Positions 46,263 to 55,161 of a stretch of DNA of 64,000 nt are shown here, piece by piece. Under the pieces are notes generated by a model, which was not told the origin of the DNA, ran no database searches, and saw nothing but the letters and a program-made list of their open reading frames with translations. The translations under genes were made by a program, and so were the position numbers. This DNA is from Candidatus Microgenomates bacterium (GTDB taxonomy: Bacteria > Patescibacteriota > Microgenomatia > UBA8517), in NCBI GenBank assembly GCA_016784385.1, contig JADHUT010000001.1:20547-84546 (forward strand). Direction: 5' to 3'. Position 1 is the stretch's first letter. Each line of letters opens with the position of its first letter.

Positions 46263-46964
46263 TTAAATTTTCTTCAATTCCCCAGCAATTTTTTCAAAAT
46301 TACCTTCCATTACTTGTTCTAAATTGTGCCAGGATTTGTTTATTCTGTGGTCTTTGATTCTGTTTTGTGGGAAGTTATATGTTCTTATTTTTTCAGATCT
46401 CATTCCTCTACCAATGGAGCTTCTGTAACCCGCAATAGTTTTTTCTTTTTCAACCTCTTGCAGTTCCCAAAGTTTAGAACGAATGAGAGAAAGCGCGATT
46501 ACTCTGTTTTGTTCTTGGTGTCTTTCTTCTCGCGAGTGAACTGAGAGACCTGATGGTTTGTGAGTAAGTCTCACCGCACTAGACACTTTGTTTACATTTT
46601 GTCCACCATGACCACCTGCCCTTATAAACTGCCAATCCAAGTCAGCTGGATTTATATTAACTTCGCTTTCAGCGACTTCTGGAAGAGCAACAACTGTTGC
46701 AGTAGAGGTGTGTATTCTTCCTCTTTTTTCGCTTTGTGGTACTCTTTGGACCCTGTGAACACCTGACTCATGTTTTAGTGTATCAAATACACCAGAACCT
46801 GTAATTTTTAAAACACCTTCATCAACTGGAGTAGTCTTCCAGTTATTTTTGACAGCAAATCGCATATACATTCTGTATAGGTCAGAAGCCCATGTTTTTG
46901 CTTCATCACCGCCGGTTCCACCACGAATTTCTAAATATACTGTTTGTGAAGAATTATCCATCAA
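46263..46964 (-). CDS. prfA: peptide chain release factor 1, N-terminally shortened
   Basis: EIRGGTGGDEA, ESGVHRVQRVPQSE, GGQNVNK, IRTYNFPQNR; follows rpmE. Confidence 0.85.
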   Translation of the reverse strand: MMDNSSQTVYLEIRGGTGGDEAKTWASDLYRMYMRFAVKNNWKTTPVDEGVLKITGSGVFDTLKHESGVHRVQRVPQSEKRGRIHTSTATVVALPEVAESEVNINPADLDWQFIRAGGHGGQNVNKVSSAVRLTHKPSGLSVHSREERHQEQNRVIALSLIRSKLWELQEVEKEKTIAGYRSSIGRGMRSEKIRTYNFPQNRIKDHRINKSWHNLEQVMEGNFEKIAGELKKI

Positions 46965-46980
46965 AATGTTTTTTGAAAAG

Positions 46981-47319
46981 TTAAGCTTTTTTAGTAGCTT
47001 TTTTCTTGGTTTGTTTTCTTACTTCTGTTAGGGTGTCTGGTCTTGATAGTTCTTCCTGAAGCTTTTTTTCTCTTTTGGCCTTTCTTTTGTCGGCTTTACT
47101 GGTAGATTTTTTTGCCTTTGCACCCTTTTGTTTTGCTTTAAATGCTTCTACTCTTCCAGCTGCATCAACAAATTTCATTTTACCAGTGAAGAACGGATGA
47201 CAGCCAGAACATACATCAATTGCCAATTCAGGCACAGTTGCGCCAATTGTCATTGTGTTTCCACAAGCACAAGAAACTTTGCATTCATTAAACCATTTTG
47301 GATGTATTTTAGCTTTCAT
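46981..47319 (-). CDS. rpmE: 50S ribosomal protein L31 with basic C-terminal extension
   Basis: MKAKIHP, CACGN, CSGCHPFFTG, GRVEAF. Confidence 0.95.
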   Translation of the reverse strand: MKAKIHPKWFNECKVSCACGNTMTIGATVPELAIDVCSGCHPFFTGKMKFVDAAGRVEAFKAKQKGAKAKKSTSKADKRKAKREKKLQEELSRPDTLTEVRKQTKKKATKKA

Positions 47320-47413
47320 GCTGAGGGTATTTTACCTTTTCTTTTTGATTTGAGCAATAACTACAATATTGTTCAGGCAAACTCTGATATGTCAACCCCA
47401 TAGAGACAAACTC

Positions 47414-47635
47414 TTAACCAGCTGAGGCAATCAAATTGTTTGCAACTTCTCTCAACAGGGCGGCTTCCTTGGGATTGCCTTGGAATTGTGCGTCAGTTGC
47501 AAGTGGTCTTAGGTGTAAACTTAATTGAATTCTTTCCAACCTTTGATCTTGTGTAGGTCTGTTGCCTGACAGGTGATGATCTATTATATTTAGTTGTAGT
47601 TGTCTGTTCCACTCCTTTAACGTATCATGACTCAT
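47414..47635 (-). CDS. small hypothetical protein
   Basis: 73-aa ORF starting 1 nt after the EamA stop. Confidence 0.5.
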   Translation of the reverse strand: MSHDTLKEWNRQLQLNIIDHHLSGNRPTQDQRLERIQLSLHLRPLATDAQFQGNPKEAALLREVANNLIASAG

Positions 47636-47636
47636 A

Positions 47637-48569
47637 TTATTCTGTAGTATATCTTTTCTTCTTTACTTCTGCAATCGTCACTCCAATGGCTATTATTATT
47701 CCTCCAATTATAAATACTGGGGTAATACTTTCTCCCAACCACAAAACTGCCAATGGCGCTGAAAATAGGGGGTATAGGTATGAAAAAACAGAAGCTTCTG
47801 ATATTTCAATGGTTTTTTGTGCTTTGTTGAAAAGGTAGTAAGCTAGGCTACCAGAAACAATTGCCATATACCAAACACCTGCTTGATTGATAAAGCTGAT
47901 ATTGAAAATAGTTTTTAATAACCCAGGGTTATTAAATAGTGCAAACGGGATGAGGGATATAAATCCTATTACAAAAGAGAGGTTGGCCAAAGTTGCTGGG
48001 TTTACACCCTTTCTAAGAAGTTTTTTTGCCATTACTGCAGCTATTGCCGCAATAATTACATATCCAAATATCAAAAAGTTACCTGTTAGTCTTGGTATTT
48101 CACTACCATTTTGTAATATCGGCCCCACTACCGTTAGAAATGATCCCAAAAGGGCTATAGACATTCCAATTTTTTCTCGTTTTGTTATTCTTTCTTTCAA
48201 AAATAGTACTCCCGCAACAGATATAACCAGAGGGTTGGTCAGGGTAATTAGGGAACTGTCCAGTACTGTAGTTTTGTCTAGCCCCAGAAATAATAATCCC
48301 AACGACACAGTAGAAGTTAGAAATCCATACAAAACTAAACTGAGAAGTGTTTTTGGATTTTTAGGTAAATGCCAACCTGTAAATGAAAAAAGTATTATTG
48401 CAAAAATTGTTGCTATTCCAAAACGATATGTTAGAAATGTTAGTGGATCAACACCCCCGAGAGTAAATTTAATAATAGGGGAGGCAATACCCCAGATAGC
48501 TGCTACCAATATTAATAATAAGTAGGCTTTAGCGCGAGGTTTTAGTGAAGTTATTTTAGAAGATTGCAT
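47637..48569 (-). CDS. EamA/DMT family transporter
   Basis: About 10 TM segments, AAIWG, FLKERI, LGESIT. Confidence 0.9.
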   Translation of the reverse strand: MQSSKITSLKPRAKAYLLLILVAAIWGIASPIIKFTLGGVDPLTFLTYRFGIATIFAIILFSFTGWHLPKNPKTLLSLVLYGFLTSTVSLGLLFLGLDKTTVLDSSLITLTNPLVISVAGVLFLKERITKREKIGMSIALLGSFLTVVGPILQNGSEIPRLTGNFLIFGYVIIAAIAAVMAKKLLRKGVNPATLANLSFVIGFISLIPFALFNNPGLLKTIFNISFINQAGVWYMAIVSGSLAYYLFNKAQKTIEISEASVFSYLYPLFSAPLAVLWLGESITPVFIIGGIIIAIGVTIAEVKKKRYTTE

Positions 48570-49816
48570 ACTTCTTCAATTGTAACTTTCTTTTGTTCTT
48601 TTGTCTTCATGTTTTTTAGGGTCACAAGTTTATTTTTCACCTCTTCGGGTCCGATTATTACAACATATGGAATTTGTTTTTTGTCAGCATATTTTAGCTG
48701 TTTGTCTAAACGAGTGTTTTCATCAGGAAATAATTCTGTGTTTATTCCATTATCTCTTAATTCTCTGGCGATTTTTATAGAACTCTCAAGCTGTTGTGGT
48801 GAAAATACAGAAACCAAAACATCGGACTGAACAGTTTTAAGAACAGGATATTTTTTGAAAAATCTTAGAACCTCTTCTATAACCATATCTCCCATCGCAA
48901 AACCAACACCTGCAATCTTTTGTTTTCCACCGACATCTGATGTTAAGTTGTCGTATCTGCCTCCACCCCATATCGACCTAAAACTTACTTCTTTTACCCA
49001 ACCTTCAAAAACGGTTTTTGTATAATAATCTAATCCTCGGACAATTGAAGGGTCAAATTCTATGTATTCTGACACACCAAATAATTTCAACCTATTTTTT
49101 ATACCCATTAACCAATCGGATTTCTCGTAGAGTTTTGTGTTGTTGGTCATAGCGATGATATCTTTTGTTTGTTTATTTGAAAGATCTTGATCAAGGAGCA
49201 ATTTTTCAAATATCTCTTTGCCCACTTTATATTTTTTATCGATTATTTTCAGTATTGCTTTTGTCTTGTCTTCAGCAACACCAATTTCTGACAAAGAGTT
49301 TAAAATTAATTCTCTGTCGTTTACTTTAATTACAACCTCCTTCGGGGTGAGCCCAAGCTCCTTATAAAAAGTTGCTGCAATAGCGATAGCTTCAGTGTCG
49401 GACAGAAGGCTATTTGATCCCAATATATCCACGTCCCATTGAAAAAACTCACGACCCCTTCCTTTTTGGGGTTGTTCGTATCTAAACCTTCTTCCGTAAG
49501 TAAACCACTTGACAGGAAAAGTTAACGAGCCTTCTTTCTGGACAATCATTTTTGCAAGTGTGGGGGTCATTTCGGGTCGTAAGGCAATTGTTCTGTCTGA
49601 GTTGTCTTTCCACGTAAACGCTTGTTTTTTTACCAACTCTTCACCTGATTTTGCAGCGTATAAATCTAGAGACTCCACAGTTGGCCCTTCATACTCTTGG
49701 AACCCAAAAGCTTCAGAGACTTTTTTTATTTTTCCATACAGCCACGACTGAAAGGCCATATCTTCTGGATAGAAATCCCTAAATCCTTTTAATGTTTGTA
49801 ATTTATTTTTCTTCAT
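48551..49816 (-). CDS. hisS: histidine--tRNA ligase
   Basis: KGFRDFYP, LRPEMT, RYEQPQKGRGREFFQ, RGLDYYT, GGGRYD. Confidence 0.97.
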   Translation of the reverse strand: MKKNKLQTLKGFRDFYPEDMAFQSWLYGKIKKVSEAFGFQEYEGPTVESLDLYAAKSGEELVKKQAFTWKDNSDRTIALRPEMTPTLAKMIVQKEGSLTFPVKWFTYGRRFRYEQPQKGRGREFFQWDVDILGSNSLLSDTEAIAIAATFYKELGLTPKEVVIKVNDRELILNSLSEIGVAEDKTKAILKIIDKKYKVGKEIFEKLLLDQDLSNKQTKDIIAMTNNTKLYEKSDWLMGIKNRLKLFGVSEYIEFDPSIVRGLDYYTKTVFEGWVKEVSFRSIWGGGRYDNLTSDVGGKQKIAGVGFAMGDMVIEEVLRFFKKYPVLKTVQSDVLVSVFSPQQLESSIKIARELRDNGINTELFPDENTRLDKQLKYADKKQIPYVVIIGPEEVKNKLVTLKNMKTKEQKKVTIEEVCNLLK

Positions 49817-50186
49817 ACATCCTTTCAAGTATTTGGTTTATATTACAACATTTATTAACTCTAAAGAAAGTAATGCCTGCGTTTTTTGCAAAGTAAAAAT
49901 CTTTTTTCGTATCTCCAACATAAGCAATTATTGGTAATATTGGAAATAGTTTTGGATTGGGTTTTTTAAGGATTGAGTCCTCAGAGGTGATAATAGTGGA
50001 GAATAATTTATTTATACCCAGTTTTGACAAAATGTTCATTGTTTCAGTTTTTTTTGCTCCGGTTATTATCCCGAGATTGTATTTAGTTGAAATTTTTAGT
50101 AACAATTCTTTTTTCACCAGAAGTTTAGCAGGTCTCATTTTCACAATTGTTCCAGCAAAATCAAAGATTATATATTTTTTTAGCAT
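49803..50186 (-). CDS. capless HAD-family hydrolase
   Basis: IIFDFAGT, GIIT, KPNP, YVGDT..D. Confidence 0.8.
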   Translation of the reverse strand: MLKKYIIFDFAGTIVKMRPAKLLVKKELLLKISTKYNLGIITGAKKTETMNILSKLGINKLFSTIITSEDSILKKPNPKLFPILPIIAYVGDTKKDFYFAKNAGITFFRVNKCCNINQILERMYEEK

Positions 50187-51523
50187 GGTATAGGTATAGT
50201 ATTAAAATCTCCATCACTTATGATTTTTTCTTCTGATACAGAAACCATTGTTCCCGCGACCCTGTTATTTATGATCCAAACATTGAATTTGCTGTTTGGT
50301 TTTTTTATTAAGGCAGGTTTGTTGGACGATGTGTCAAAAACAAACATTGGTTGTACCTCTGACGAAGTGAGTGCTGGTTGAAGGATATACTCATTCGGAA
50401 ACATTAATGCATCTTCCCACAAGTTTGAAAACATCTCAGTATTAGATATTGCAACTTGTCGTGAGGAAAAACCATCACCCTTTAATACCCAACTTGGGGT
50501 ATTGAGATCTATACCCAATGAATCATATTCGGGAAAGTTGTATGAAGGACAAAAGAGATCCGGCCTTTTTAAGTATGCTTCGGTTAGAACTGGCTTTTTA
50601 TCAAACCTTGGATTTAAAGATGGAAAAACAGTGATTTGTGTATTGTTGAAGACAGACTTTACCCAGTCTGGCACTTCAGACCCCCTAATCATGCTAGGAT
50701 CCCCGTCAAAGTAGATTGAAGGGAAAGTTTTTATATATTCAGACCTGTATTTTTCCGGATCTAGTATCTCAACATATGAAAACAAATCTGAAGCTTTCAT
50801 TCTTTCAGCCATTCTTTCGAGCGATTTTGTTTCACCCGTACTACGAGATCCGGAAGCCGTGTTTATGTATATTATCCCAAGTTTCTGCCTAGATCTATAT
50901 TGGTCAGAGAGAAGTTTTGTGGGACTAGTATCAATATTTCCTAAAACGACTTTTTTTAACCCTTCTAATATTTGTATTCCGTCTACCCACTGGGTATTTA
51001 TTTCTATTATTTTTGGTCCCTCGTCTGTTAACACAATATCAACCCTTGCAGCATTGGGTTTACGTGATATATCAGATAGATATTTTTCCGTAGCGGTCAT
51101 ATCTTGGGTGGGGGGTGTGCATTCCTTCAGACATATTAACCCTTCTCTTGCTACGGTTTCAATGTTTTTTAACGTTTTTTTTGGAAGTTTAAAAGGTGTA
51201 ACACAAAAATTTATTGCAGAATTCCCAAATATGGCACCCTCATCTTCAAGTTTGCCCTGCATGATCACTGATTTTGCTGAATAATCTAGAGCTTCTAGTT
51301 TAATTGATCCGAGTTCTTCAAACAATCTTGCTCTACTGCTTAATTCTGTTCTCGATGACGCAGCTTCTGATTTTAATGATCGTGCAATAGTAATCTTTTG
51401 TTTTCTGGCCCTTCTTAGAAATTTAGGTGTTTTTACATAAGAATTTTCCATAGCGGCGCTGAACTCACTTTTTATAAGTAGTTCCGCTTGTGAGGCAGTG
51501 ATAAATTTATTAAATTCCCTCAT
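50180..51523 (-). CDS. ATP-grasp-like ligase (glutathionylspermidine synthetase / circularly permuted ATP-grasp type)
   Basis: ARVDIVLTDEGPKIIEINT, DKK, WVLK, YILQP; start moved to ATG 51523 outside the tRNA. Confidence 0.6.
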   Translation of the reverse strand: MREFNKFITASQAELLIKSEFSAAMENSYVKTPKFLRRARKQKITIARSLKSEAASSRTELSSRARLFEELGSIKLEALDYSAKSVIMQGKLEDEGAIFGNSAINFCVTPFKLPKKTLKNIETVAREGLICLKECTPPTQDMTATEKYLSDISRKPNAARVDIVLTDEGPKIIEINTQWVDGIQILEGLKKVVLGNIDTSPTKLLSDQYRSRQKLGIIYINTASGSRSTGETKSLERMAERMKASDLFSYVEILDPEKYRSEYIKTFPSIYFDGDPSMIRGSEVPDWVKSVFNNTQITVFPSLNPRFDKKPVLTEAYLKRPDLFCPSYNFPEYDSLGIDLNTPSWVLKGDGFSSRQVAISNTEMFSNLWEDALMFPNEYILQPALTSSEVQPMFVFDTSSNKPALIKKPNSKFNVWIINNRVAGTMVSVSEEKIISDGDFNTIPIPC

Positions 51524-51526
51524 AGG

Positions 51527-51599
51527 GGAGAGTGAAGGGAGTCGAACCCTCATTTTTGGCTCCACAAGCCAATGCTTTAACCGTTAAGCTACACCCTCC
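51527..51599 (-). tRNA. tRNA-His(GTG) with G-1/C73
   Basis: G-GAGGGTG/CACTCTC-C 8-bp acceptor, TTGGC-TTGTGGA-GCCAA, GTTCGACTC. Confidence 0.95.
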
Positions 51600-51898
51600 A
51601 AACAACAAAAAACCCTCGTTCCAATCACCAAAGCACGTAAGCTTTAGTAAGGAACGAGGGTTCTCATTTTGTTTTTAAACAAAAAAAGAGACCTCCGCGG
51701 TCCCATCCTTGTTCCGTAAATTTTATAATAATTTTGAGCTATGCTCTTAAACTAGTTTATTTGTTTACGGCTCTTGATCCATCTCCACTTTTGACTGCGA
51801 CAATGGTTGGTATCTTTTTACACTTTTCCCTGTGTTCTCGATTTTGCGAGACTCCTTGTGGATCGTGACTCCACTCAAACGGATGTATTTAAATGTGA
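51600..51898 (-). promoter_or_regulatory. His T-box riboswitch
   Basis: AAGGA-TGGGACC-GCG...CGT-TCCTT antiterminator, alternative terminator, stem III CCGTAAA/TTTACGG, CAC candidates, TATACT at 51910..51905. Confidence 0.85.
51603..51662 (-). terminator. T-box intrinsic terminator
   Basis: AACCCTCGTTCC...GGAACGAGGGTT with inner TTACTAAAGC/GCTTTGGTGA stem and U-tract. Confidence 0.9.
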
Positions 51899-51920
51899 GA
51901 AAGTAGTATATCAGTTAAAA

Positions 51921-52889
51921 TTACTCTGTCAAGTTTTTCTCAATTGTGAAATTTGACAATACAAAGATAGTTCGAAGAGATAAGATTTTTTCTTGTATTG
52001 TTCCGACTATAATTAGTTCCATTCCAACTTCCAAGTCTGCGATATTAGGCCCAACCCAAGTTTTTGGAAAGTCCAGTGAAATTGTTTCTCCCTGTTGGTT
52101 TGTAAAACTGACATTCTTTTTTTCAATTTCAGAAATGGTTGACCAGACAGCTTGGTTTACATTGTCCTCAATAGGCTTTGTTATAAGTATTCTTTTAGTG
52201 TCCAAAACTTCATTGCCATTTTTAAATCCCATCGCGACTATAAAATCCCCAATTGCCAAGTCTACGTCTGATACATATGAAGTAAGCTCCGTTACCATGA
52301 TTTGTTGTATTCCATTGTCATCCGATCTTATTTGAATAGTGCTGTCTGCAATGTCAGTGACAGTACCAAAATATGAGGTTGGTTGATTTAATGTTGAATC
52401 AAGTTTTTGCTGCACTTTTTCTCTTACAGTACTTGCCGATGAGGTGGATGTTTCGTCGTCATTTAGGTATTTTTCAAATTCTGAAGAGTAGACAATATTG
52501 AGTTTTGTGGTTGCACTTTGACCATTAGCATTAAATGCTGTGATATTAATTATATTTAATCCACCAGCTAGTGTTATTTCTTTTTGGAAAGATCCGTCTC
52601 GACCAGTTTGTTCTTGAAAGTCCTTTGATTCTGTTGAAATAATTATTGTAGAACCTTGTTTTGTAAGCCCCTCAATTGTGATCTTTTCATCTACAGAAAC
52701 ACTCAAGTTGGAAGGTTTTGCGATAGTAACTGAAAATGATGCATCGGGGGTTGGAGAGGAGGAGGTTTGAACGTCTGTATTTGTTGAACCACCACTTTTC
52801 AAGTTAGCCGTTAGTCTCCAAACACCAAACGCCAATACAAGCCCTGCGGCTACTCCTGCAAAAATTGCTAAAAATACTTCTTTTTTCAT
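51921..52889 (-). CDS. membrane-anchored protein with Ig-like and OB-like domains
   Basis: N-terminal TM; DGSFQKEITLAGGLNIINITA; GTVTDI...DLAIGDFIVAMG. Confidence 0.7.
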   Translation of the reverse strand: MKKEVFLAIFAGVAAGLVLAFGVWRLTANLKSGGSTNTDVQTSSSPTPDASFSVTIAKPSNLSVSVDEKITIEGLTKQGSTIIISTESKDFQEQTGRDGSFQKEITLAGGLNIINITAFNANGQSATTKLNIVYSSEFEKYLNDDETSTSSASTVREKVQQKLDSTLNQPTSYFGTVTDIADSTIQIRSDDNGIQQIMVTELTSYVSDVDLAIGDFIVAMGFKNGNEVLDTKRILITKPIEDNVNQAVWSTISEIEKKNVSFTNQQGETISLDFPKTWVGPNIADLEVGMELIIVGTIQEKILSLRTIFVLSNFTIEKNLTE

Positions 52890-52969
52890 CTCATGCCCAC
52901 TTTGTTGAGAGGCAGGGCCTAATATAGTTACACTTTGTCCTCTTGTCAAGCTAGCAGCTCTTTGTTAGT

Positions 52970-53656
52970 ATGGCAGAAAGCAACATGGATATTACATATT
53001 TAGGACATTCTTCATTCAAGATAAAAGGAAAAACTGCTGTTGTGGTTACAGATCCATTTGACCCAAATGCAGTTGGTTTGAAGTTTCCCAAGATAGAAGC
53101 AGACATAGTAACCTCTTCACATGATCATGATGATCACAGAAAGCTAAGTTTAGTTGATAACTACAAAAAAGCATTTATTGGTCCTGGAGAATATGAAGTG
53201 ATGGGAGTGTCTTTTATAGGTATACCTTCGTTGTTTGGAATCCCTTCTTTCCATGACACTAAAAACGGAGAAGAGAGAGGTAAAAATACAATCTTTGTAA
53301 TAGAAGTTGACGGTATTAGAATTTGCCACTTAGGAGATTTGGGACACAAATTGTCAGAAGGTCAACTCAAAAAAATTGGAGATATTGATGTACTTTTAAT
53401 TCCTGTTGGTGGTGAATATACAATTGATAGTAAATTGGCAGTTGTTGTGATGCAACAAATTGAAGCCACTTATGTTATCCCAATGCATTATCAAGTGGAG
53501 GGACTTAAGCCGTCTACTTTTAAAAAACTCCAACCAGTAGAAACTTTTCTAAAAGAAAGTGGAATGACCGTTGAGAAATTAAACAAATTAACCATAAAAG
53601 AGGAAATGATGATAGACGATCAACCTGCCTCAATCGTCGTAATGGATACAAAATAA
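52970..53656 (+). CDS. MBL-fold metallo-hydrolase
   Basis: YLGHSSF, SHDHDDH, HLGDLG, IPMHY. Confidence 0.92.
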   Translation: MAESNMDITYLGHSSFKIKGKTAVVVTDPFDPNAVGLKFPKIEADIVTSSHDHDDHRKLSLVDNYKKAFIGPGEYEVMGVSFIGIPSLFGIPSFHDTKNGEERGKNTIFVIEVDGIRICHLGDLGHKLSEGQLKKIGDIDVLLIPVGGEYTIDSKLAVVVMQQIEATYVIPMHYQVEGLKPSTFKKLQPVETFLKESGMTVEKLNKLTIKEEMMIDDQPASIVVMDTK

Positions 53657-53680
53657 GAGTAATAAATTATCAAAAAATAT

Positions 53681-54991
53681 ATGGCAGATCAGTTACGAGT
53701 ACCTCCTCATTCTACAGAGGCAGAAAGCAGTGTTTTGGGAGCACTTCTATTGGACAAAGATGCAATCATTGCAGTTGCTGAATTTTTGAAAGGGGAAGAC
53801 TTCTACGACGAGCGGCACAAACAAATTTACGGCGCAATACTATCTCTTTTCGAAGAAAGAACTCCAGTTGATGTATTGACAGTAACTGAGCGACTAAAAA
53901 AGAAAAAGGTTTTAAAAAATGTTGGTGGAGCCACATATTTATCTCAACTCACAAACAGAGTTCCAACAGCAGCGCATGTTGAGCATTATGGAAAAATAGT
54001 TAGAGACACTGCAACAAAAAGAGCATTAATGACTGCAGCAACTCGCTTGGTTGATTTTTCAATGGACGAAGGGCTAACTGCAGCCGATCTTATGGACAAA
54101 GCAGAGTCAGAAGTTTTTTCAATTTCTCAAAAAAATATTTCGAAAGCGTTTACTTCTGTAAAAGACACCCTCGCTGAAAGCTTTGATAGATTAGACGAAC
54201 TCCACAAACAAGGAGAAGGTCTAAGGGGTGTTCCTACAGGATTTGCCGATCTTGATAGTGCACTCGCTGGATTTCAAAAAAGCAATTTAATAATACTAGC
54301 TGCAAGACCCGGCGTTGGAAAAACTGCTATGTCTTTAGGGTTTGCACAACACATAGCAGTAAAAGAAAAAAGGCCTGTTGGATTTTTCTCTCTTGAAATG
54401 AGCAAAGAAGAATTAGTAGACAGACTGTTGGTTGCACAAGCAGATATTGATGCATGGAAGCTTAAAACCGGGAAACTTTCAGAAAGCGACTTTACTAAGC
54501 TTTCTAACGCCATGGGAGAGCTTGCAGAAGCCCCACTTTTCATAGACGATACACCAGCACTATCTATACTTGAAATGAGAACAAAAGCAAGAAGACTGCA
54601 GGTTGATAGTGGTGTTGATTTGATAGTTGTTGATTACCTCCAACTTGCAAGAAGTAGGGGGTTGGAAAATAGAGTGCAGGAAGTAAGTGAAATTGCAGAA
54701 GGACTTAAAAATCTAGCCCGTGAACTTAAAGTTCCAGTAATAGCTCTCTCCCAACTTTCCAGAGGTATAGAACAAAGGGGGGTGAAAAGACCACAACTTT
54801 CGGATCTTCGTGACTCAGGAGGCATAGAACAAGCAGCGGATGTAGTTATGTTTTTGTGGAGAGAAGATGATGAAAAGATTGAAAATATAAAACTTGATAT
54901 AGCAAAACACAGAAACGGTCCACTAGCGTCAGTTCCATTATTCTTCAAGGGAGACAGGATTAAATTTTTTCCAAGAGATACAAAACATTAA
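53681..54991 (+). CDS. dnaB: replicative DNA helicase
   Basis: PPHSTEAE, AARPGVGKT, VDYLQL, LSQLSR, KHRNGP; no intein. Confidence 0.97.
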   Translation: MADQLRVPPHSTEAESSVLGALLLDKDAIIAVAEFLKGEDFYDERHKQIYGAILSLFEERTPVDVLTVTERLKKKKVLKNVGGATYLSQLTNRVPTAAHVEHYGKIVRDTATKRALMTAATRLVDFSMDEGLTAADLMDKAESEVFSISQKNISKAFTSVKDTLAESFDRLDELHKQGEGLRGVPTGFADLDSALAGFQKSNLIILAARPGVGKTAMSLGFAQHIAVKEKRPVGFFSLEMSKEELVDRLLVAQADIDAWKLKTGKLSESDFTKLSNAMGELAEAPLFIDDTPALSILEMRTKARRLQVDSGVDLIVVDYLQLARSRGLENRVQEVSEIAEGLKNLARELKVPVIALSQLSRGIEQRGVKRPQLSDLRDSGGIEQAADVVMFLWREDDEKIENIKLDIAKHRNGPLASVPLFFKGDRIKFFPRDTKH

Positions 54992-55022
54992 AAGGGGATT
55001 GTTCACTCTCATTAATATTTTG

Positions 55023-55107
55023 TGCCGCGAGACGGACTCGAACCGTCACGAGGGTTTAACCTCACACGATTTTGAGTCGTGCGTGTCTACCATTCCACCA
55101 CCGCGGC
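55023..55107 (-). tRNA. tRNA-Leu(CAA)
   Basis: Acceptor GCCGCGG/TCGCGGC, CACGA-CTCAAAA-TCGTG, long variable arm. Confidence 0.95.
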
Positions 55108-55161
55108 AAGTAATGTATTATCTCATTTGACAGCAAAGTTTTCAAAGTATAGATTATAAGT

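Noticed and set aside
51524-51565. N-terminal extension MEPKMRVRLPSLSP of the ATP-grasp ORF
   Set aside because: Lies inside tRNA-His; ATG 51523 is the plausible start
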